DNA of 64,000 nt from a bacterium (GTDB lineage Bacteria; JAAXHH01): positions 2,809,640-2,873,639 of the forward strand of contig CBDETH010000008.1 in the NCBI GenBank assembly GCA_965242885.1. The letters run 5' to 3'. Within the stretch, counting starts at the first letter, position 1. The number at the start of each line of letters is the position of its first letter. The position numbers and the translations under genes were made by a program. The notes below the pieces were generated by a model. That model was not told the origin of the DNA and ran no database searches. It worked only from the letters and a program-made list of their open reading frames with translations. This document shows positions 57,674-64,000 of this stretch, one piece after another.

Positions 57674-58582
57674 ATGAATCCCATTCACATCATCGGAGTG
57701 CCCCTCGACCTCGGCGCGGGACGCCGCGGTGTCGACATGGGGCCGTCCGCCATGCGCATCGCCGGCGTGGGCGAACGGGTCTCCGCCCTGGGGAGAACGG
57801 TGACGGACCGGGGCGATCTGACCGCGCCCATCCGGGAACTGTGCAGTCCGGGCGATCCCACCAGAAAATACATCGAAGACATTGCAGAGGTTTGCCGCGG
57901 TCTTTACGATACGGCGCTTGCCGTGCACCGCGACGGCGCGGTACCCATCGTCCTGGGCGGCGATCACAGTCTTGCCGCCGGTTCGGTGTTGGCCACGGCC
58001 ACGCGCGCCCGCGACGACGGCGAACGCATCGGCCTGCTTTGGGTGGACGCCCACGGGGACATGAATAACCCCGACATCAGCGCGAGCGGCAACGTCCACG
58101 GGATGGCGCTTTCCGCGCTACTGGGTGGTGAACCCGCCGAACTATCGGGATTCGGTCCGGCCGGACCGGCCGTCGAGGCGGAGCACACCGTACTCGTCGG
58201 CGTACGCAATCTCGACCCTGCCGAGCGCAACCTGGTACTCGAGTCCGGTATCCATGTCTACACGATGAAAGACGTGGACCAGCTTGGGATGGCCCGGGTA
58301 GCCCAGAAAGCGCTGGAGCTCGCGGGGGACGGCACGGCGGGCGTGCACGTGTCCTTCGATCTCGACGTATGCGACCCGGGCATCGCACCGGGCGTGGGTA
58401 CGCCGGTCAAGGGCGGACTCAGCTACCGGGAGGCCCACCTGCTCATGGAGACGGTGGCCGACAGCGGACTGCTGCGCGCCCTGGACCTGGTCGAACTCAA
58501 TCCCATCCTCGACATGGGGAACGCGACGGCCGAACTGGGCGTGGAACTCCTGCTGTCTGCCCTCGGCCGCGGGATATTGTAG
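57674..58582 (+). CDS. rocF: Arginase (ureohydrolase family)
   Basis: Mn-binding blocks GGDHSLA, DAHGDMN and SFDLDVCDP; N-terminus MNPIHIIGVPLDLGAG. Confidence 0.8.
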   Translation: MNPIHIIGVPLDLGAGRRGVDMGPSAMRIAGVGERVSALGRTVTDRGDLTAPIRELCSPGDPTRKYIEDIAEVCRGLYDTALAVHRDGAVPIVLGGDHSLAAGSVLATATRARDDGERIGLLWVDAHGDMNNPDISASGNVHGMALSALLGGEPAELSGFGPAGPAVEAEHTVLVGVRNLDPAERNLVLESGIHVYTMKDVDQLGMARVAQKALELAGDGTAGVHVSFDLDVCDPGIAPGVGTPVKGGLSYREAHLLMETVADSGLLRALDLVELNPILDMGNATAELGVELLLSALGRGIL

Positions 58583-58605
58583 TCCGCCTAGTCCGCCTGG
58601 TCCGC
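58580..58605. repeat. 9-bp x3 tandem (tagtccgcc tagtccgcc tggtccgc) starting with the arginase stop codon
   Basis: Direct reading. Confidence 0.85.
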
Positions 58606-58675
58606 TCTTGTTCGAGACGCATTCAGCCGATGGCTACAAACGCGCGACAAACTGGCGGGCGCGTGCAGTAGTCGG

Positions 58676-60352
58676 TCAGGCCCGCGTTACCGCCCCAGTG
58701 GCCGCCGAAGAGACGAGCCGGGCGTACTTGGTCATGACGCCGTCGCCGAAACGGGATGACCGCTCGGTCCAGTCGGAAAGGCGTTCGGCGATGACCTCGT
58801 CGGACAACTCGACGTCCAGGCGGCGGGACGCCACGTCGAAGACCACGATGTCTCCGTCGCGCAACGCGGCGATGGGACCGCGCACCGCGGCTTCCGGCGC
58901 CACGTGCCCGACCATGAAGCCGTGGGTGGCCCCGGAAAAACGGCCGTCGGTCATCAGGGCCACCGATTCTCCCAGGCCCCGGCCGACGAGGGCGCCGGTG
59001 ACGGCCAGCATCTCCCGCATGCCCGGGCCGCCCTTCGGGCCCTCGTAGCGTATGACCACCACGTCGTTGGGCTGTATCCCCCCGTTCATCACCTCTGCCA
59101 TGGCGTCTTCCTCGCAGTCGAAGACCCGTGCGGGGCCGCGATGGTGGGTCTTCTCGTGGCCCGCGACCTTCAGGACGCAGCCTTCGGGGGCCAGGTTGCC
59201 CTTGAGGATCACGTAGCCGCCGGTGGGCTTGAGCGGGTTTTCGAGATCCCGGACAACCACCTGGCCCGGTGTCTCGGATGCCTGCGCGGCTTCCTCGGCG
59301 ATGGTCCGGCCCGACACGGTGATCGCATCCTCGTGGAGCATGCCGCCCTCCAGCATGCGCTTGGCCACGAGCCGGTTGCCGCCCGCCGCGAACAGGTCGT
59401 TGGCGACGAAACGTCCGCCTGGTTTCAGGTCGGCGAGCAGCGGCGTCTTCTCGCTGATCCGGTCGAAATCCTCGATCTGCAGGTCTACGCCCGATTCCTG
59501 GGCGACGGCCAAAAGGTGCAGCACGCTGTTGGTGGACCCCCCGGTGGTGAGCACGGCGGCGATGGCGTTTTCAAAGGCCTTCCGGGTCATGACGTCCCGC
59601 GGGCAGAGGTTCCTGCGCACCAGTTCCATGACCTGGCGTCCGCATTCGCGGCCCACCTCCGGCTTGTCCGGGTGAGTGGCGGGAACGCTCGCGCTGCCGA
59701 TGGGCGAGATCCCCAACATCTCGAAGGCGATGGCCATGGTATTGGCCGTGAACTGGCCGCCGCAGGCGCCGGCGCCCGGACAGGCGTGATCTTCCATGTC
59801 CTTGAGCTCCAGATCGGACATCCTTCCCGAAGCGTGGGCGCCCACCGCCTCGAACACGTCCTGGATGGTCACGTCGTGCTGCTGGAAACTGCCCGGCATG
59901 ATGGATCCGCCGTAGAGCATGAGAGACGGCACGTTCACCCGTCCGAGGGCCATGACCGTGCCCGGGATCGTCTTGTCGCAGCCGGACAGGGCGATCAGGC
60001 CGTCGAACATGTTCCCGATCGTGACCAGCTCGATGGAATCGGCGATCACCTCGCGGCTCACCAGCGAGGCCTTCATGCCCTGGCTGCCCATCGTGATCCC
60101 GTCGGAGATGGAAACGGTGTTGAACTCCATGGGCGTGCCGCCGGCTTCCCGGACACCTTCCTTCACGTATTCGGCGAGGTCGCGCAGGTGGTAGGTGCAG
60201 GGACCGATCTCGATCCAGGTGTTGGCGATCCCGATGATCGGCCGGGCCAGGTCCGCGTCGGTGAACCCCGAGGCCTTGAGCATGGCCCGGGCCGGTGCCC
60301 GTGAGGGTCCGTCGGTGATCGTCTTGCTGTGTCTCTTTCCATCGTCTGCCAT
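58676..60352 (-). CDS. ilvD: Dihydroxy-acid dehydratase (IlvD/EDD family)
   Basis: SGCDKTIPG (Fe-S Cys), the serine region and C-terminal blocks; 558 aa. Could instead be a sugar-acid dehydratase of the same family. Confidence 0.8.
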   Translation of the reverse strand: MADDGKRHSKTITDGPSRAPARAMLKASGFTDADLARPIIGIANTWIEIGPCTYHLRDLAEYVKEGVREAGGTPMEFNTVSISDGITMGSQGMKASLVSREVIADSIELVTIGNMFDGLIALSGCDKTIPGTVMALGRVNVPSLMLYGGSIMPGSFQQHDVTIQDVFEAVGAHASGRMSDLELKDMEDHACPGAGACGGQFTANTMAIAFEMLGISPIGSASVPATHPDKPEVGRECGRQVMELVRRNLCPRDVMTRKAFENAIAAVLTTGGSTNSVLHLLAVAQESGVDLQIEDFDRISEKTPLLADLKPGGRFVANDLFAAGGNRLVAKRMLEGGMLHEDAITVSGRTIAEEAAQASETPGQVVVRDLENPLKPTGGYVILKGNLAPEGCVLKVAGHEKTHHRGPARVFDCEEDAMAEVMNGGIQPNDVVVIRYEGPKGGPGMREMLAVTGALVGRGLGESVALMTDGRFSGATHGFMVGHVAPEAAVRGPIAALRDGDIVVFDVASRRLDVELSDEVIAERLSDWTERSSRFGDGVMTKYARLVSSAATGAVTRA

Positions 60353-60386
60353 GTTTCGGTCTCCGTTCTGCGAGAATGGTTTCTTC

Positions 60387-60452
60387 GGCCACAGCGGCGC
60401 TCGATCGGCCGCTGCGATACTCGACTGGCCGCAGCGGCGCTCGATCTGCGGC
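60387..60452. repeat. Imperfect 20-bp x3 tandem (ggccRcagcggcgctcgatc-like) between the ilvD start and the cytochrome c stop
   Basis: Direct reading. Confidence 0.8.
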
Positions 60453-60925
60453 TATTTGAGCGTGAGGATGAAGGCCGTCAACCGGTCCACCTGATCTTCC
60501 GTCAAATGATCGTAGTCGGGCATCAGTCCCGTGAAATGATCGAACCGGGGATTCCGCAGGTGTTCCGCGAACCAGGCCTTGATCCGCTCTTCGCCCTGCG
60601 TGCCGAGCACCTGCTCGTACCGCGCTGCGAAAAAGGTGTGCACATCCGGTCTGGCCACCCGAAGCGAATCCAGATGTTTCTGATAAACCGTGTCGGTCAG
60701 GCGTGCGGTAAGCCGGGGGATCAGCCCGGCCAGATCGGGTCCCCGGGATATCCCCCCGCCGATGGCATGGCACGATGCACAGCCCTGCAGCCGGAAGAGT
60801 CTTCTGCCGTGCTCCACCGGTGTGCGGGGTTCGCTCGCCCCATCCGATCCGTACATGAACACCACGGCTACTGCCATCAGGACCGCGCCGACGCCGAAGA
60901 GGGTCACCAGGACGCTGAAACGCAT
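60452..60925 (-). CDS. Membrane-anchored mono-haem c-type cytochrome
   Basis: N-terminal TM anchor; single CASCH haem-binding motif. Confidence 0.7.
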   Translation of the reverse strand: MRFSVLVTLFGVGAVLMAVAVVFMYGSDGASEPRTPVEHGRRLFRLQGCASCHAIGGGISRGPDLAGLIPRLTARLTDTVYQKHLDSLRVARPDVHTFFAARYEQVLGTQGEERIKAWFAEHLRNPRFDHFTGLMPDYDHLTEDQVDRLTAFILTLK

Positions 60926-60947
60926 CGATCTCCTTCAGGGGTCGTTA

Positions 60948-61838
60948 CTAGCCGTGTACTTCCACCCCGGACATGCGTTCCAGGGACTTCACCAGGGCCT
61001 GCGTGCCCTCGTCGCCCTCGCCCGCGGCCTCGACGGCATTGAACAGCTGGTGGGCCAGGCTCGCACCGGGCAGTCCCAGTCCGAGTTCCGAGGCCGCGCC
61101 CAGCACGAGCCGCAGGTCCTTCTGCTGCAGTTTCACCATGAATCCCGGATCGAAGTCCCGCTTGATGATGCGCGGCGCCAGGTTGGACAGCTGCCAGGAA
61201 CCCGCGGCGCCCCCACTGATCGCAGCGAGCATCTTCTCCATGTCCAGGCCGGCTCTGGCCGCCAGGATGAGTGCTTCCGCCATGGCGAGGTTCGCTACGC
61301 TGACCGCCACCTGGTTGCACAACTTGGTCATCTGTCCGGCGCCGTGGTCGCCGATCAGATTGATGCTCTTGCCCATGGCTTCGAAAACAGGCAGGCACCG
61401 TTCGAAGGCCTCCTGCCTACCGCCCACCATGATGGAAAGGGTCCCCGCGATTGCCCCGGTGTCGCCGCCGCTGACCGGCGCGTCCAGCATGTCGGCGCCC
61501 TTCTCCTCGAGCGCTGCGGCCATGGTCTGCGTGGCCGAGGGGGAGATGGTGCTCATGTCGATGACTACCGAACCGGGACTTATGCCCTCGATGATCCCGT
61601 CTTCACCCAGAATGACCTTCTCGACATCCGGCGTGTCGGTCACGATCGTGATGATCACGTCCGACTTGACGGCCGTATCCTTCGGACTTTCGCTCCATAC
61701 GGCACCTTCCGACAAGAGCTTTTCGGCCCGTGATTTCGTCCGGGTGTTCACGGTACAGGCATAGCCCGCCTTCATGAGGTTGCGACACATCGGTTCTCCC
61801 ATGATGCCGAGGCCGATGAAACCGATTCGTTCCGCCAT
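60948..61838 (-). CDS. mmsB: 3-hydroxyisobutyrate dehydrogenase family NAD(P)-dependent oxidoreductase (MmsB/GarR-like)
   Basis: GFIGLGIMGEPM Rossmann N-terminus and C-terminal NAD_binding_11 region; the mmsB assignment is by family, not certain. Confidence 0.7.
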   Translation of the reverse strand: MAERIGFIGLGIMGEPMCRNLMKAGYACTVNTRTKSRAEKLLSEGAVWSESPKDTAVKSDVIITIVTDTPDVEKVILGEDGIIEGISPGSVVIDMSTISPSATQTMAAALEEKGADMLDAPVSGGDTGAIAGTLSIMVGGRQEAFERCLPVFEAMGKSINLIGDHGAGQMTKLCNQVAVSVANLAMAEALILAARAGLDMEKMLAAISGGAAGSWQLSNLAPRIIKRDFDPGFMVKLQQKDLRLVLGAASELGLGLPGASLAHQLFNAVEAAGEGDEGTQALVKSLERMSGVEVHG

Positions 61839-61974
61839 GGTGGAGATTCCTTATGGGTTAACGGATTGTGTGGAATTGTGCATCAGCGAACATGGAAATC
61901 CCTTAACCGCACGATCGCCAGGAAGAACTCGTCCGGACTGGGCTTCGTGTGGTAGGGTGGCGACCCGCCCACCT

Positions 61975-63156
61975 TCAACCGGCGGCCGGCGCGAAGCCGC
62001 AGAAGGCTTCGTAGTCGATTAACTCGGTAATCGTGGGATTCTCGCCGCACAGGGGACAGGACGGATCCTTCTGTACGTTGAAGGTCTGGAAGGTCATGTC
62101 CAGCGCGTCGTACATCAGGATCCGGCCGATGAGCGGATCGCCCTGGTCGAGTATGAGTTTGAGGGTCTCGGTGGCCTGAATGAGTCCCACCGTACCGGGA
62201 AGGACGCCGAGTACGCCGGCTTCGTCGCAGCTGGGTACGGCGCCGGGCGGCGGCGGTTCGGGATAGAGACAGCGGTAACAGGGTCCCCGGTCCGGATGAA
62301 ACACCGTGGCGTAACCGTCGAACTGGTAGATACTGCCGTGGACGTTCGGCTTGCCGGACAGCACGCAGGCGTCGTTCACCAGGTACCGCGTCGGGAAATT
62401 GTCGCAGCCGTCGACGATGATGTCGTAATCCTTGATGATCTCCATGATGTTGTCGGCCATGAGGCGCGTTTCATGAAGGATCACGTTGCAGTCGGGGTTC
62501 AGGTCGTTGATCGTCTCCTGGGCGGACACCACCTTGGGTCGTCCGATGTCGGACGTGCCGTGGATGATCTGACGCTGCAGGTTCGTCACGTCCACCACGT
62601 CGAAGTCGACGAGCCCGATGGTACCCACTCCGGCGGCCGCGAGGTAGTAGGCCGACGGGGATCCCAGTCCGCCCGATCCCACCAGCAGCACCCTGGCGTC
62701 GAGGATCTTCACCTGGCCCTTCTCCCCGATCTCGGGCACGATCAGGTGGCGGGAATACCGAAGGCGTTCTTCCTTGCTCAAGTTCCGCTCCTGGACTGTG
62801 GGGAAGCCGGCGGCGCTCCATCCCGTATATCCCTCCCGCATGGAGATGACATTGGTGTATCCCATGGCTTCCAGCGACTGCGCCGCCAGCGCCGAGCGGT
62901 TTCCGCCCGCGCAATACAGCACGATTTCCCGGTTCCGATCGCTCTCGGTGTTTTCGATCCTGAGCTCCAGAAATCCCCTCGGAATATGGGTCGCCCCGAC
63001 GATGACGCCCTGGTCGACTTCGTCCTGCTCGCGCACGTCGATCAGGACCAGGTCGGCGTTCCGGTCCAGCTTTTCCTTGAGTTCTTCCATGGACATCTCA
63101 TTCACTTCGCCCTTGACCTGGGCGAGGAGTTCCTGAGATGACATCCGCTGACTCAT
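61975..63156 (-). CDS. moeB: Rhodanese-ThiF/MoeB fusion (molybdopterin/thiocarboxylate-activating E1-like adenylyltransferase with N-terminal rhodanese)
   Basis: N-terminal rhodanese with active-site CAGGNRS; central ThiF Rossmann (LLVGSGGLGSPSAYYLAAAGVGTIGLVDFDVVDVTNLQRQ); C-terminal CxxC...CxxC zinc motif (CYRC ... CPLC). Confidence 0.8.
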   Translation of the reverse strand: MSQRMSSQELLAQVKGEVNEMSMEELKEKLDRNADLVLIDVREQDEVDQGVIVGATHIPRGFLELRIENTESDRNREIVLYCAGGNRSALAAQSLEAMGYTNVISMREGYTGWSAAGFPTVQERNLSKEERLRYSRHLIVPEIGEKGQVKILDARVLLVGSGGLGSPSAYYLAAAGVGTIGLVDFDVVDVTNLQRQIIHGTSDIGRPKVVSAQETINDLNPDCNVILHETRLMADNIMEIIKDYDIIVDGCDNFPTRYLVNDACVLSGKPNVHGSIYQFDGYATVFHPDRGPCYRCLYPEPPPPGAVPSCDEAGVLGVLPGTVGLIQATETLKLILDQGDPLIGRILMYDALDMTFQTFNVQKDPSCPLCGENPTITELIDYEAFCGFAPAAG

Positions 63157-63168
63157 AGTGATCTCCTG

Positions 63169-64000
63169 CTATCCGCCTATGGAGGACATGGTCCGTTCCG
63201 GCTGGACGAAATCGGGTTCGTTGATGTGATGCCCCGGTTCCTTGTTCTGCACGGCCTCGATCACCGTCTCGGCGATCTCCGCATCCGAGGCACCGCCCCG
63301 CAGCTGGGCCTTGATATCGGTTTCATTGATGGAGAAAAGGCAGGTCCTGAGCTTGCCGTCCGCCGTAATGCGTATCCGGTTGCAACTGCCGCAGAATGGT
63401 TCGCTGACCGAAGCGATGAGTCCGATCTCGCCCTGGCCGTCCCGGAACCTGAACAGGTCGGCCGGCTCCCGCTGGTCCGGCCGCTTCACGGCGTCCAGGG
63501 GCCAGCGCGCACCGATCCGTTCGATGATCTCGGCGCCGTCGAGCACCTGGTCCCTCGTCCAGGAACGGTCAGCGTCCAATGGCATGAACTCGATGAAGCG
63601 CACCTGGTAGGGGCCGGTGCGCGCCAGTTTCGCGAAATCGAGGAGTTCGTCTTCGGTGTATCCCTTCATGGCGACCACGTTGATCTTGATCGGCAACTGG
63701 AAATGACGGGTCGCCTCCTCCAGCCCGTCGAGTACCTTGTGCAGGACGTCGCGACGGGTCATCTCCTTGAACTTCTCCTCGTCCAGCGTATCCAGGCTGA
63801 CGTTGATCCTGGGGAGTCCCGCCTCGCGCAGGTCGCGGGACATCTTCTTGAGCAGGAAGCCATTGGTTGTCATGGCCATGTCCCGGACGCCGGGTATCTC
63901 CGCGAGCATGCGCACCAGTACCGGCAGGTCCTTGCGAACGGTCGGCTCTCCCCCGGTCAATCTCAGCTTGGAGATGCCCAGCCCGGTGACGATCCCGACG
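63169..64000 (-). CDS. moaA: GTP 3',8-cyclase MoaA, C-terminal two-thirds (N-terminus beyond window end)
   Basis: ORF is open to the window edge, with LRLTGGEPTVRKDL, C-terminal CGSCNRIRITADGKLRTCLF Fe-S cluster Cys and conserved MoaA C-terminal blocks. Confidence 0.85.
   Translation of the reverse strand, partial: VGIVTGLGISKLRLTGGEPTVRKDLPVLVRMLAEIPGVRDMAMTTNGFLLKKMSRDLREAGLPRINVSLDTLDEEKFKEMTRRDVLHKVLDGLEEATRHFQLPIKINVVAMKGYTEDELLDFAKLARTGPYQVRFIEFMPLDADRSWTRDQVLDGAEIIERIGARWPLDAVKRPDQREPADLFRFRDGQGEIGLIASVSEPFCGSCNRIRITADGKLRTCLFSINETDIKAQLRGGASDAEIAETVIEAVQNKEPGHHINEPDFVQPERTMSSIGG

Noticed and set aside
57650-57675. gcgattcgaacg resembling a tRNA T-arm (GTTCGAATC)
   Set aside because: No acceptor-stem or anticodon-arm complementarity around it; it lies in the short leader of the arginase gene.
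9706-60452. Possibility that the tandem repeats are CRISPR arrays
   Set aside because: Units are directly adjacent with no unique spacers, there are only 2-3 copies, and no cas genes are present.

Overview
This is a high-GC (about 65%) bacterial chromosomal segment with densely packed genes on both strands. I call about 54 protein-coding genes and found no rRNA, tRNA or CRISPR array. The first ~5.8 kb holds a partial sensor histidine kinase and a three-gene metal-handling operon: a His-rich SO_0444-like permease, a ZIP transporter and a CopA Cu(I) P-type ATPase. Next come a circularly permuted ATP-grasp / alpha-E / transglutaminase triad followed by an alpha/beta hydrolase carrying a collagen-like Gly-X-Y insert. 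After these sit a GT9 glycosyltransferase and a tripartite RND efflux operon (MFP, RND pump, TolC). Further on are a yggS-yggT-divIVA block, dksA-like-lspA-rluD, a GAF-PP2C phosphatase, a long-form IspH, a bacterial indoleamine-2,3-dioxygenase homolog coupled to an upstream gene, and the valine-catabolism genes mmsA and mmsB plus ilvD. Transport genes include an AGCS symporter, a DUF3311-like small protein with a Na+/solute symporter, and an ABC sugar uptake set lacking an ATPase. The tail of the window holds glnS, a low-GC islet (endonuclease/exonuclease/phosphatase protein plus an outer-membrane beta-barrel), a 798-aa unknown protein, a PEP-hydrolase-like TIM-barrel protein, a cupin, arginase, a rhodanese-ThiF fusion and a partial moaA. 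The most striking sequence-level feature is at least ten short perfect or near-perfect tandem repeats of 9 to 41 bp that sit exactly at gene termini or in short intergenic spacers. Several of them embed a gene's stop or start codon or duplicate its last codons. The IDO homolog and the composition are compatible with a Gemmatimonadota-like source, but that is inference. Many long ORFs in the six-frame track that run antisense to recognisable genes are treated as GC-driven artefacts.
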